64,000 nucleotides of DNA from Prochlorococcus sp. AG-459-O09 (GTDB taxonomy: Bacteria; Cyanobacteriota; Cyanobacteriia; PCC-6307; Cyanobiaceae), in assembly GCA_003211955.1 (NCBI GenBank), contig QCRH01000001.1, positions 10,092-74,091 on the forward strand, written 5' to 3'. The translations under genes and the position numbers were made by a program. Numbering within the stretch: the stretch's first letter is position 1; each line of letters starts with the position of its first letter. Shown here piece by piece: positions 1 to 9,964 of this stretch. The notes under the pieces are model-generated. The model was given only the letters and a program-made list of their open reading frames with translations, ran no database searches and was not told the DNA's origin.

Positions 1-1
1 C

Positions 2-490
2 CAGACAGATTTCCTTCTTATTGATGATTTAGAGGATGTGATGGGAGGCCATGCTTTCTTAGCATTTGTTTTAATAACAGGTGGCTCCTGGCATATTGCA
101 ACCAAGCAAGTTGGTGAATATACCAAATTCAAAGGTAAGGGTCTTTTATCTGCAGAAGCGGTACTTTCATGGTCCTTGGCAGGTATAGGTTGGATGGCAA
201 TTATTGCTGCTTTCTGGAGTGCATCTAATACAACTGTTTATCCAGTTGAGTTTTTTGGCGAACCACTTGAATTAAAGTTTAGTATTTCTCCTTATTGGGT
301 TGATACTGTTGACCTCCCTGATGGTACTTATACCTCAAGAGCTTGGTTAGCTAATGTTCACTACTACTTTGGATTTTTCTTTATTCAAGGTCACCTATGG
401 CACGCTTTAAGAGCTTTAGGATTTGACTTTAAGAGAGTTACAAATGCTATTAGTAATATTGATAGCGCAACAGTTACACTTAAGGATTAA
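2..490 (+). CDS. pcb: Chlorophyll a/b-binding light-harvesting protein Pcb (IsiA/CP43 family), C-terminal part; begins upstream of the window
   Basis: Frame open from nt 2 (QTDFLLIDDLEDVMGGHA...); GGSWHI, RAWLANVHYYFGFFFIQGHLWHALRA motifs of the CP43/IsiA/Pcb family. Confidence 0.93.
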   Translation, partial: QTDFLLIDDLEDVMGGHAFLAFVLITGGSWHIATKQVGEYTKFKGKGLLSAEAVLSWSLAGIGWMAIIAAFWSASNTTVYPVEFFGEPLELKFSISPYWVDTVDLPDGTYTSRAWLANVHYYFGFFFIQGHLWHALRALGFDFKRVTNAISNIDSATVTLKD

Positions 491-514
491 TTCCTAAATT
501 TCTTTATTAATATC

Positions 515-543
515 AAAAGGCTCCTCTAACAGGAGCCTTTTTT
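515..543 (+). terminator. Intrinsic terminator after pcb
   Basis: AAAAGGCTCCT-ctaac-AGGAGCCTTTT hairpin with T-tail. Confidence 0.85.
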
Positions 544-583
544 ATTTGAAAAATTTTGTTTATTAATTTAGATTTATTAGTAT

Positions 584-1975
584 ATGTTATTGAAGTCATT
601 GAATATTATTTCTCTACAGGATAAAAATATTTTTTCAAATTCTATATATGTAAGTTTTTTTGGATTTTTAATTATAATTTTTTTCTTGATTTTTGGGAGG
701 AGATTAAAACTGGCTGTTCAGCTCGAGAGATTTGGACTGCCAATAGCAGTAATATCAGGAATTTTAGGCATATCTATAGGTCCATTTGGAGCGATACACT
801 TCTTGCCCAAAGAAACAATTAATGTTTGGAGTAATTTTCCTACTCCTCTTTTATCATTAGTCTTCGCAACTTTAATGATGGGCAGACCTATCCCAAATAT
901 AAGTGGTTTAGTTAAACCTATTTTTAATCAATTTTTACTTGCTCTTTCCCTAGGTTTCGGACAATTTTTTGTTGGTGGTTTAGTTGTTAAATATTTTTTG
1001 CCCCCAACTATGGATACTAATCCTCTAATGGGATGTTTGATCGAGGTTGGTTTTGAGGGGGGGCATGGAGCGGCATCAATCATCGGAGAGAGTTTTAATA
1101 GATTAGGTTTCCCAAATGGTCTAGATCTCGGTCTGGCTATGGCAACAATGGGTCTTTTATCATCTTCATTATTGGGCAGCATTTTTATTTTTCTTGGAAG
1201 GACTTTTGGGATTTCAGATACAGAGGAAATTTCCGAAAAAAAAGATAATCAAAAAGAAAATACAAAGATAGGCATTTTTGCGGATTTAAGAATTTTGATA
1301 ATAAATCTTGGATTCTCTGGTTTGGCAATTTCTTTTGGTGTTTTATTACTTAAATTTTTAAAATATATCTCAAATCCTTTTGGTGACTTTTCTAGAGAAA
1401 TTATTTTTTCGCTTCCAGTATTCCCCTTTATTCTAATAGGTTCGCTCTTTATTAGATATATTTTAGAGAAAACCAAAAATACAGAATTTATTTCAAATAT
1501 TTTGCAAAGAGAGATTGGGATTTTATCTACTGATCTATTGATTTTTTCGGCTATGGCAAGCTTAGATATTTCTATTGTTTTTGAAAATTGGAAAATAATC
1601 TTAGTTTTTACTATTTTTGGGTTACTTTGGAATTTAATTTGTATTGCTTATTTTGCATACTTTATATTTGATGATTACTGGTTTGAAAAAAGTTTGATAG
1701 AGTTTGGAAACTCTACAGGTGTAGTTGCTTCAGGATTACTTCTCTTAAGGCTTGCAGATCCCAAAAATATTTCTAGAACTCTCCCAATTTTTACATCAAA
1801 ACAGCTATTCGCACAATTAATTCTATCAGGGGGATTTTTCACAGTTTTGGCACCTTTGATGATTGCAAAAATTGGAATAGATTATTGGACAGAAATTTGT
1901 GCTGTAATTACATTTGTAATTCTTCTTATTGCATATATTTTTAATAAAGGAGAATTGAAAAAATCTCTTAAATAA
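584..1975 (+). CDS. Sodium/glutamate symporter (GltS/ESS family)
   Basis: Multi-TM protein; GFEGGHGAA and FGNSTGVVASGLLLLRLADP motifs. Confidence 0.8.
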   Translation: MLLKSLNIISLQDKNIFSNSIYVSFFGFLIIIFFLIFGRRLKLAVQLERFGLPIAVISGILGISIGPFGAIHFLPKETINVWSNFPTPLLSLVFATLMMGRPIPNISGLVKPIFNQFLLALSLGFGQFFVGGLVVKYFLPPTMDTNPLMGCLIEVGFEGGHGAASIIGESFNRLGFPNGLDLGLAMATMGLLSSSLLGSIFIFLGRTFGISDTEEISEKKDNQKENTKIGIFADLRILIINLGFSGLAISFGVLLLKFLKYISNPFGDFSREIIFSLPVFPFILIGSLFIRYILEKTKNTEFISNILQREIGILSTDLLIFSAMASLDISIVFENWKIILVFTIFGLLWNLICIAYFAYFIFDDYWFEKSLIEFGNSTGVVASGLLLLRLADPKNISRTLPIFTSKQLFAQLILSGGFFTVLAPLMIAKIGIDYWTEICAVITFVILLIAYIFNKGELKKSLK

Positions 1976-2013
1976 CTCTAGAATAGTCTTGTAATAATTT
2001 TTTTATTTTTTAA

Positions 2014-2271
2014 ATGTCATTTGCTTCCTACGATATTCCGCCTCAAGAAAATAAAGGGAAGTGGTTTAGGAGTCATTTACTTGGGAGGGAAATCGAACTC
2101 GGTGAATTATATAGTCTTGGTTCAAATGATTTGGATTTGCTTATGGCTGAGACTGCTGAAATAAGAAGCGACCTTGATTTTAAAGAAAAGAATATTGGTA
2201 AATTTAGAACTGCAGGATATTTTTTGGAGTTAGCACGGATAATTGAGAAAAGGAAGTTATTAGAAAGCTAA
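2014..2271 (+). CDS. Conserved hypothetical protein
   Basis: 85-aa ORF, protein-like composition, fits gene spacing. Confidence 0.7.
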   Translation: MSFASYDIPPQENKGKWFRSHLLGREIELGELYSLGSNDLDLLMAETAEIRSDLDFKEKNIGKFRTAGYFLELARIIEKRKLLES

Positions 2272-2927
2272 TTTGAAGGAAAATAATTCTTTCTAGAATT
2301 TGGTTCCCATAATTCGTACTTATACATTAAGGATTTAAATTTTCCATTATTTTCAAAAGAATCCAGCCAGTTTTTTATTGAGGGTTCGAAATAATCTATC
2401 CTTTTTTGACTTTCACAAGCGATTCTAAATTGTCTTATAAAAGGCCAAATAGACCAATCAGCGATTGTGGGGCTATCTCCAAAAAAGTATTTGTTTTCTG
2501 CAAGTAGTTCGTTACACCTCTTGATGAATTTAATCGCATTTGTGAAATGAAATTCTTCATTAATATCGCTATATCTTGTCGAATATTTAAATCGATCTAA
2601 GTGATATTTGAATTCGTTATCGTTTTCATTAATTATTTCAAAAATATCTTTCTTTTTATTATCAGGTAAATAAATTAATTTAATGTTCCCCCTTTTTGAT
2701 TCTGAGAGTGCCCATAGGATTATTTCAAGACTTTCTTCAATAACTTCACTATCTTTTTTAATAAGTATTGGAACGGTTTTTGTCTTTGATTTATTTAGAA
2801 AATCAAGAGGTTTATTTTTTAAATCAATTTCTCTTATCTCTACTTTAATTTCACAAATTAATAGAGCCCATCGAGCACGAATTGCATATGGACATCTTCG
2901 AAATGAATATAAAATATCGTTTGTCAT
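2268..2927 (-). CDS. Glutathione S-transferase family protein
   Basis: LYSFRRCPYAIRAR, TVPIL, ESLEI, TIADWSIWPFIRQF. Confidence 0.88.
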   Translation of the reverse strand: MTNDILYSFRRCPYAIRARWALLICEIKVEIREIDLKNKPLDFLNKSKTKTVPILIKKDSEVIEESLEIILWALSESKRGNIKLIYLPDNKKKDIFEIINENDNEFKYHLDRFKYSTRYSDINEEFHFTNAIKFIKRCNELLAENKYFFGDSPTIADWSIWPFIRQFRIACESQKRIDYFEPSIKNWLDSFENNGKFKSLMYKYELWEPNSRKNYFPSN

Positions 2928-3001
2928 TTTGTAAAAACTTTTAATTTCTTTGATTCTTTTAGTATTATCTAATTAGGAATAGTATCAATTTTACAACGCA
3001 A

Positions 3002-3544
3002 ATGTCGGGATATGTTTACCTTATTAGAGTGGGAGACCTATATAGAATTGGGAAAACGGATAATCTTGAAAAGAAAATTAAGAAATTAAAACCAGATGAA
3101 TTATTAACATCAATTATGACAAAGGAACCAGAAACTCTTGAAGCAAGATTACTAAGAAAATATAAGTCTGAAAGAATTCCTGAAACAGGTTATTTAAAGC
3201 TTTCTAAAAGACAAATTAGAGAATGCAAAAAACAATTTGAATTAAAGGGAAGCTTACCTCACACTTTAGATGCTGAAGTTTCCATTACTCTATTTGCATC
3301 TTTTTTATTGTTTTCATTAAGTTCCTTTATTTTTAATTATTTAAATTTTGGATTTGTAAAAGCTACATCATATTCTTTTGGAATGGCCTCTCTTCCAATG
3401 GCTGTATTATTTATTACAGGTAGTTTTGGGGGATACTTTTCTGAAGATTTATCTCTTTTTTCATTGTTAACTAATCGAATAAAAGGTTTATTTATTGCAA
3501 TTGCAATGCTCTCAATGGCTTACTTAATTTTCAAATTAGGTTAA
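3002..3544 (+). CDS. GIY-YIG/T5orf172-like N-terminal domain with C-terminal membrane helices
   Basis: GYVYLI...YRIGKT...LEARL, then 3 hydrophobic segments. Confidence 0.65.
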   Translation: MSGYVYLIRVGDLYRIGKTDNLEKKIKKLKPDELLTSIMTKEPETLEARLLRKYKSERIPETGYLKLSKRQIRECKKQFELKGSLPHTLDAEVSITLFASFLLFSLSSFIFNYLNFGFVKATSYSFGMASLPMAVLFITGSFGGYFSEDLSLFSLLTNRIKGLFIAIAMLSMAYLIFKLG

Positions 3545-4248
3545 ATTTCATAATTACAATTTAAGGCTATTTCAAATGGTACTGATTGGGTAGGCAACTT
3601 CAGAATAGTTGAGCATATTTCAGCAATATCTTCAGGCTGTGTCATGCTTGATTTGTCTAGGGAAGAGATGTTTTGGGCCATTTCTGTATTAACCCAACTT
3701 GGGCAAATTGCTGAAATCCTTATATTTTTATCCCAACCTTTATTTCTCATTGTTTGGCATAATCCCATCAAAGCAAACTTTGAAGAAGAATAAGCTGCTA
3801 AATCTCCTTTAGATCTTTTCCCACTCATTGAAACTAAAACAATAATTCTTCCTCTCCCTGAGGTACATAAATGATCCCAAGAAAGCCTACATAAATTCCA
3901 AATTGCCAAAAAGTTGATATTTAGTGTATTTAAAATATCTTCTTCATCACCATCTTTGAATAAAAAAGGAACTTTAGATAATACTCCAGAACAATTTATT
4001 ATTGAATCAAATCCTCCAAATTCATTTAAGGTATTTTTTATCCAATTTTCGGCAGTAATTTTTTTCAATGCATCATATTGGTTGACTAAAATTCTTCCTT
4101 CTGGCCATTTATGTGGATCAATAATACTTCCTTTTAATGCTTCTAAATCTCTTATTCCGACACTAATTCTATTTCCTTCTTTTAATTCTTTATGTGCAAT
4201 ATTTAGTCCAATACCTCTATTGGCTCCACTTATTAGTATGGTTCTCAT
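3541..4248 (-). CDS. Short-chain dehydrogenase/reductase
   Basis: SGANRGIG, YSSSK catalytic motif. Confidence 0.88.
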   Translation of the reverse strand: MRTILISGANRGIGLNIAHKELKEGNRISVGIRDLEALKGSIIDPHKWPEGRILVNQYDALKKITAENWIKNTLNEFGGFDSIINCSGVLSKVPFLFKDGDEEDILNTLNINFLAIWNLCRLSWDHLCTSGRGRIIVLVSMSGKRSKGDLAAYSSSKFALMGLCQTMRNKGWDKNIRISAICPSWVNTEMAQNISSLDKSSMTQPEDIAEICSTILKLPTQSVPFEIALNCNYEI

Positions 4249-4255
4249 TTTTAAA

Positions 4256-5539
4256 CTATATATTTGGAAATATTATCCTAAGTAACATTTTAAATTCTCT
4301 ACCATGCATAATCATAAGACCTTTCTTTACACTCCATGGAGCCTTTATAAACATTATCCACATCGCATACACAATCTCTCTTAGGGAGAGGGTATCAGTT
4401 AGAAAACCATACCATTGATTTTTAGGTAGTTGGAAAAAACTGCCAAAAAATTCTCTCAATAGTTTTTCATCAAACCTCATGAGTTTTTCTAATCCAAATT
4501 GGTAAAGTGATTTCTTTCTAATTAATTCTTTTGACCATAAAGTTTCCCAACCTTTTCTAGCAATATGGAAGGTACTAAGATTTTTGTTTTTAATTGCTTC
4601 TGAAACTGCTTTTGCGACAAGTGGAGCTCTTCTTAAAACATTTCCTATTAAATATCCGGATGCAGGATGTACCATTGAAGCAGCACCACCATATCCGAGT
4701 ATTTGTTGTTTGAAATCTGGTATTGGCATATTCATTGGTAAAAACAAACCCAGCTCTTCGTGTTGCATGCTTGTGATTGATATATCTCTATAAGAGAGCC
4801 TTTTCTCTAGTCTCTCTTTTAAATTTTCCATTGTTAGAGGATTTACCAAACCAAGAGATGTCTCTTCAAGAAAATATTTCCCATTTCCCATATCCATGGC
4901 ATAAAGAAAAGTGGGCGGTTCTTTTCTTTGCTCTTCATTAAGATGGTCATTTCTATAGTCCATTAATACAAACTGCCCTTTTTTCAGTGGAGGTTTACTA
5001 AAATTACCCACTATCCCATAACAAGTTTGTACTGCTAAAGGACCACACGATTTTAATTTAAGAAAAACAGGATCATATCCTGTCGCATCTACTACTAATC
5101 TTGCAGAATAAGTCTTGCCATCTTTTGTGGTTACTGTACTTTTATATTTTTCATAATTTATTTTGCTTGCAAAGCCTTGATGCCATTTAATAAAAGACTT
5201 GTTACATTCATTAAACCAAAAATTGTGGAGTTTCTTCTTATCAAATAGTCCATAATCTAGTGAATGTTCCGTGGCTTTATTCTCGTCGTCCTGTTCTTCT
5301 AAAGCGCCATGACCAAAAAAACTTACAGTATTCTTCCATCTATATTCAAGTAAATCCTGAAGCCCGAGTTGATCAACTTCCTTCCCCCAAATGCCATATG
5401 TGTTTGGCCAAGGTTCATCCGGTCCATTTGGAGAAAGCACTTCAACATCTAATTTTTCCTTCCCTAAAGCTGAGGCAATTGCCATACCTGCAGGCCCTGC
5501 ACCCAAAACAAGAACATCTGGCATGTTTCCTTTTGACAT
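4256..5539 (-). CDS. crtL: Lycopene cyclase (CrtL family, probably the epsilon/beta type)
   Basis: VLGAGPAG FAD motif, WPNTYGIW, PTFLYAM, YFLEETSL, VHPASGY. Confidence 0.9.
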   Translation of the reverse strand: MSKGNMPDVLVLGAGPAGMAIASALGKEKLDVEVLSPNGPDEPWPNTYGIWGKEVDQLGLQDLLEYRWKNTVSFFGHGALEEQDDENKATEHSLDYGLFDKKKLHNFWFNECNKSFIKWHQGFASKINYEKYKSTVTTKDGKTYSARLVVDATGYDPVFLKLKSCGPLAVQTCYGIVGNFSKPPLKKGQFVLMDYRNDHLNEEQRKEPPTFLYAMDMGNGKYFLEETSLGLVNPLTMENLKERLEKRLSYRDISITSMQHEELGLFLPMNMPIPDFKQQILGYGGAASMVHPASGYLIGNVLRRAPLVAKAVSEAIKNKNLSTFHIARKGWETLWSKELIRKKSLYQFGLEKLMRFDEKLLREFFGSFFQLPKNQWYGFLTDTLSLREIVYAMWIMFIKAPWSVKKGLMIMHGREFKMLLRIIFPNI

Positions 5540-5764
5540 TAAATATAAATCTTATGATTAAGGAAATTTACGGAACAAATTATTACTTCTTCGTTTAGGA
5601 TTATATATTTCATCCAATACTTGTAATGAGAGTAGATTAATAATAATCAAATTACTCAATTACTAGTGACTAAGTTTTCAGTGTTTTAACAATAATTTAT
5701 AAGATTACAAAATAAAAAAACTTTGTTTATTTTTTTTTATTATAAAAAAAATATAGCAAGTTAA

Positions 5765-6766
5765 ATGATTAAAAATAAAAATATTTTAATTACTGGAGGC
5801 AATTCGGGCATAGGGCTTTTTGCCATCATTAATTTACTAAAGACGAAAAATAATTTATACGTTGTAATAAAATCTGAATTAAGAAAGAATGAATTTCTCA
5901 AAACAATTGAGAAATATTTTGATAAAAATTACCTCAGTAAATATTTAAATATTATTGAAAATTGTGATCTTTCTGATCTAGAGAATATTAAAAAAATTAA
6001 AGATTACTTTATTACTCAAAAGATATTTTTAGATGTCGTTGTTTTAAATGCAGGATTACAATATACGGGTTCTTTTTACCCTAAAGTATCAAAACAAGGC
6101 ATAGAACTAACTTTTGCAGTTAATCATCTTGCACATTTTTACTTAGTGAACATCTTAAAAGATTTAGTTAGAGATAAAGAAGAATCCAGAATCATTATTA
6201 CATCATCAGATGTGCACGATCCCAATAGCTCAGGCGGAAATATAGGAAAGAAAGCGGGACTTAATAATCTAGTTGATTTTAGAAAAAAAGTTACGGGTCA
6301 ATTTTTAAATTTTAATGCTGATGAAGCTTATAAAAATAGTAAGTTATGTAATATTTTGTTTGCTAAAGAACTTGAAAAAAAATTAAAAATTTCCTTTAGT
6401 AAAATTTCTGTAATTACCTGGGCGCCTGGTCTAGTAATACCAAATGATAATTCCGGTTTTTTTAGATATAGTAAAAGTTTTAATACCTTTGGATATTTAA
6501 TTTTTTCTATAGCTGCAAAAAATATTTTAGGTATTTCTGAAAGTATAGAAAATGCTGGGAAGATTCTTTCTCAGATTGTGCTTGATTCAAATTTAAATAA
6601 TATTGGTTACGTTCATTTAAGTAATAAACTAATATCTTTTAAAAAACATAAATTAGTTAAAAGTAAGGTTAGTGATGAGGCAAATAATTCTGAGTTGGCT
6701 TCAAAACTCTGGATTTTAAGTGAAGAGATTTGTAGATCATTTGGCTTTGTTACTTTCAATATTTAA
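5765..6766 (+). CDS. SDR oxidoreductase, protochlorophyllide-reductase-like
   Basis: TGGNSGIG, LNAG, FAVNHLAHF, YKNSK. Confidence 0.8.
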   Translation: MIKNKNILITGGNSGIGLFAIINLLKTKNNLYVVIKSELRKNEFLKTIEKYFDKNYLSKYLNIIENCDLSDLENIKKIKDYFITQKIFLDVVVLNAGLQYTGSFYPKVSKQGIELTFAVNHLAHFYLVNILKDLVRDKEESRIIITSSDVHDPNSSGGNIGKKAGLNNLVDFRKKVTGQFLNFNADEAYKNSKLCNILFAKELEKKLKISFSKISVITWAPGLVIPNDNSGFFRYSKSFNTFGYLIFSIAAKNILGISESIENAGKILSQIVLDSNLNNIGYVHLSNKLISFKKHKLVKSKVSDEANNSELASKLWILSEEICRSFGFVTFNI

Positions 6767-7774
6767 GGTTTGTGTTGGGAATGCAAAATCTATATTATTA
6801 ATCGCAAATTCCTCAATAATTCTTAAATTTATAGATTGTTGAGCTTCCATTGCAGCGAGATAATTATTTGTTGGGATGTAATAAACAAGTTCGAAATTAA
6901 GACTAAAGTCGCCGAAATCTGTGAAATGACATCTATCAAAAGACGCATTTTTTGTCTCTTCAACTATTTTTTTAATTATTATTGGAATCAATTTTATAAG
7001 TTTTGGAGAGGTTTCATAAACAACTCCCAATTTATGCACTATCCTCCTTTTTTCCATTTGAGCGTAATTTGAAATTATTCCATTTGTTAGGGCGCTATTG
7101 CTCATTACTATTACTTCTCCATTAATACTTCTTATCCTTGAGGATCGTACTCCCACTCTCTCAACCATTCCGAGTACTCCATCAGATTTTATAAACTCAC
7201 CTTTTTGAAAAGGTTTATCAAGCAAAATTGTTATATATTCAAAAAACTCCTGAACTGGATCTTTCAAAGCTAATCCTGCTCCAATACCTCCTGCACTTAG
7301 TAAAGCCCAAATAGCAGTCATTTGAACACCTATATTTTGTAAGAAAAATATTGAGCCAATAGTCCATGTTAATGCTTTTATCAATGGAGTTAGTGAAGAT
7401 ACCATTGAACTAATTGAGGAATCATTAATTTTCGAGGTCGATTCTGTTAAAGATCTTATTAAAACTTTGTTGAGAGCTTTTATGATGATTATTAATATAA
7501 ATAATTTCAAAATATTCAATAAGACAGAGATGAAAGTTATTTCATCAGCAAAAAAATAGTCAATTGAAAAATAAAATGAGAGGAGAAAACCTATAGGTTT
7601 TATAATTCCAAAGATCACCTCAAAAATAAAATCATCCAAATTTGTTTTTGTTCTTTTGGAAATCTTTTTAAAAAATATTCTTGAAAGTTTAGAAATTATT
7701 ATCGACAATAAAGTTCCAATAAAAAAAATAGATATTGCCAGAAGGAAGTTTTCAGTAACAAATTTCATATTCAA
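6737..7774 (-). CDS. mscS: Small-conductance mechanosensitive channel
   Basis: GIGAGLALKD, DKPFQKGEFI, GMVERVGVRSSRIR, IDFAFPTQTL. Confidence 0.88.
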   Translation of the reverse strand: MNMKFVTENFLLAISIFFIGTLLSIIISKLSRIFFKKISKRTKTNLDDFIFEVIFGIIKPIGFLLSFYFSIDYFFADEITFISVLLNILKLFILIIIIKALNKVLIRSLTESTSKINDSSISSMVSSLTPLIKALTWTIGSIFFLQNIGVQMTAIWALLSAGGIGAGLALKDPVQEFFEYITILLDKPFQKGEFIKSDGVLGMVERVGVRSSRIRSINGEVIVMSNSALTNGIISNYAQMEKRRIVHKLGVVYETSPKLIKLIPIIIKKIVEETKNASFDRCHFTDFGDFSLNFELVYYIPTNNYLAAMEAQQSINLRIIEEFAINNIDFAFPTQTLNIESNKAK

Positions 7775-7846
7775 ATGAACCCTAATAATTTATCTATAAT
7801 AAAATTTTAATTTATCTCTAAACAACAAACCAGTCTTTATTTTTCT

Positions 7847-8416
7847 TTAACTCATTATTATATTTCTAATTTCTTTAAATTCTTTTCTATCCGCAGTTTT
7901 GCATAATTCAAAAATTATTGATTCAGTTGTTGTTAAGAACGCCCCACTTTGAGCCATTCTTTGTAATGCGATTTCATGATCTACCCTATTTCGACTTCCC
8001 ATGGCATCTGATATGAGAATTACTTCAAATCCTTTTTGTAAAAAATCTAAGGCAGTTTGTTGAATACAAATATGCGTTTCGATCCCACAAACTATCAAAT
8101 TACTAATTTTCTTATTTTTAAGTTCATTTAAAAAATCTTGTATATTACCTAAGCTAAATACCATCTTTTCAATCTTTTTAAATCGAGCTTTGGGTAATAA
8201 TTCAGGGATCGTTTCTCCCAATTTGAGTGGGTTCTGCTCAGATATAAATATATTTTCTTCTAAAATTTGGTAAGCATTAACAAGCTTTTCGATGTTTTTT
8301 AGTATTGAATCCTTATTAAAAATTGGTCTTATAATTTTTTCCTGAATGTCAATAATTAGCAAGGCGTTTACTTTTGAGGAAATTTTATCAGAAGAGTTTT
8401 CATGGTCCTTCATCAT
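7847..8416 (-). CDS. Isochorismatase-family hydrolase
   Basis: ALLIIDIQEK, CGIETHICIQQTALD. Confidence 0.88.
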   Translation of the reverse strand: MMKDHENSSDKISSKVNALLIIDIQEKIIRPIFNKDSILKNIEKLVNAYQILEENIFISEQNPLKLGETIPELLPKARFKKIEKMVFSLGNIQDFLNELKNKKISNLIVCGIETHICIQQTALDFLQKGFEVILISDAMGSRNRVDHEIALQRMAQSGAFLTTTESIIFELCKTADRKEFKEIRNIIMS

Positions 8417-8532
8417 TTCTATATAAAGTTATATTTAACATAATATTTTGAAGAACTTTAGTAAACATTTTAAATCAAAAAGTTGTTTTACTCTCATCTA
8501 GAGTTATTATTGAGAATAGCCATTGGTTACTT

Positions 8533-8985
8533 TTGTCATTATCCTCTCAATACAATGTAATTGCATCCCCTCTTGGTGATGGCTTACATAAAGATGGGAA
8601 AAGGTTAACTCCTCAGAGGCTAAAGGTTCTTAATTTATTTGAAAATATTGGCTCTGGAAAGCATCTTAGTGCTGAAGAGGTTCATGAAAAGTTAGTTAAA
8701 ACAAGCTCCAAAGTTTCACTAGCAACAATTTATAGAACTTTAAGACTTTTAGTACAAATGGGTTTGCTTCATGAATTAGAACTAAGTGAGGGTGGACACA
8801 GATATGAATTGCTTAGTAACGACACACCAGATCATCATCATTTAATTTGTATTAGGTGTGGAAGAACAGAAGAATTCGAAAATGACGAAGTTTTAGAAGC
8901 AGGCAAAGTTGCGGCAAAAGTTAATGGTTTTAAACTAATTGAATCATCTTTAAATGTAAGAGCTATTTGTCCTAATTGCATTTAG
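8533..8985 (+). CDS. fur: Ferric uptake regulator
   Basis: RLTPQR, SLATIYRTL, HHHLICIRCG, CPNC. Confidence 0.92.
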   Translation: MSLSSQYNVIASPLGDGLHKDGKRLTPQRLKVLNLFENIGSGKHLSAEEVHEKLVKTSSKVSLATIYRTLRLLVQMGLLHELELSEGGHRYELLSNDTPDHHHLICIRCGRTEEFENDEVLEAGKVAAKVNGFKLIESSLNVRAICPNCI

Positions 8986-8991
8986 TAGGTT

Positions 8992-9924
8992 TTAACTTAA
9001 AGTTCCTCCACAACTTGAACCTGCTCCTGCAGTGCAAGCAAAACAATGTTCTTTTACAGCTACCCTGTAGTCAAAAGTATATGATTCATCCAATAGATCA
9101 AAAAGTGTCTTTGGTCCTTTATTCTCTCTAAAATTTATCTGTTGGTTAAAGTCACAATCATATATTTCTCCTAGCCAATTTACGCTAATTGTCTTTTTAC
9201 ACATAAGATTTTCTAAATTTTTTTCATTAAAATTTTCTTTTAGTAATTTGTAATAAGTATTTAGTTTCCCTTCTCTTCTTAGAGATTCTTCATATCTATT
9301 TATTGGCATATTAGTTATTGTGTATAAATTATTAAAAAAGATATTGTATTTGTCGAATAGTATTTTTTTATAATCATTCTCTAATATTTCCTGAGAAGGA
9401 GGAAGTATTGGGCTTACAGGATTGTAAACAAGATTTAATTGTAATCCATTCTCTTTCTTTCCATAGCCCAAATCATTAAGAATTTTTATGGCATTAATAC
9501 TTTTTTCAAAAACCCCAAAACCCCTTTGAAAATCAACATTATTTTTTTCATAACACGGTAGTGAAGCAGTAACAATCACTTTATTCTTTGCAAGAAATTG
9601 AGGAAGATCTTCATAACCTTCTTCAAAGAAAATTGTCAAATTGCACCTATCAATAATATCAACTTGTTTTGTGCTTAAACTGGTTATTAGGTTTTTAAAT
9701 TCTGGGTGGAGTTCTGGCGCCCCACCTGTAATATCTAAAGTCTTGATTTTGTATTTTTCAATGATCTTTGGGATAAGAGACATCATTTCATTGGACATCT
9801 TTTCAGTCCTTAGGGGACTCGAATTGACATGACAATGCTTACAAGCCTGATTGCATTTATAACCTATGTTAATTTGCAATGTTTCTATAGGTTCTTTAAA
9901 TATTGAGGGGAATTTTTCTTTCAT
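8992..9924 (-). CDS. Radical SAM protein (ArsS-like, C-terminal Cys-rich tail)
   Basis: CNQACKHC, DITGGAPE, HCFACTAGAGSSCGG. Confidence 0.85.
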   Translation of the reverse strand: MKEKFPSIFKEPIETLQINIGYKCNQACKHCHVNSSPLRTEKMSNEMMSLIPKIIEKYKIKTLDITGGAPELHPEFKNLITSLSTKQVDIIDRCNLTIFFEEGYEDLPQFLAKNKVIVTASLPCYEKNNVDFQRGFGVFEKSINAIKILNDLGYGKKENGLQLNLVYNPVSPILPPSQEILENDYKKILFDKYNIFFNNLYTITNMPINRYEESLRREGKLNTYYKLLKENFNEKNLENLMCKKTISVNWLGEIYDCDFNQQINFRENKGPKTLFDLLDESYTFDYRVAVKEHCFACTAGAGSSCGGTLS

Positions 9925-9964
9925 AAATCTATTATTTATAAATTGTCATTCGAAAATTAAAAAG

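Noticed and set aside
8992-9924. Radical SAM protein as the RiPP maturase or epimerase
   Set aside because: It is ArsS-like, sits in core context between fur and stpA, and lies 17 kb outside the island.
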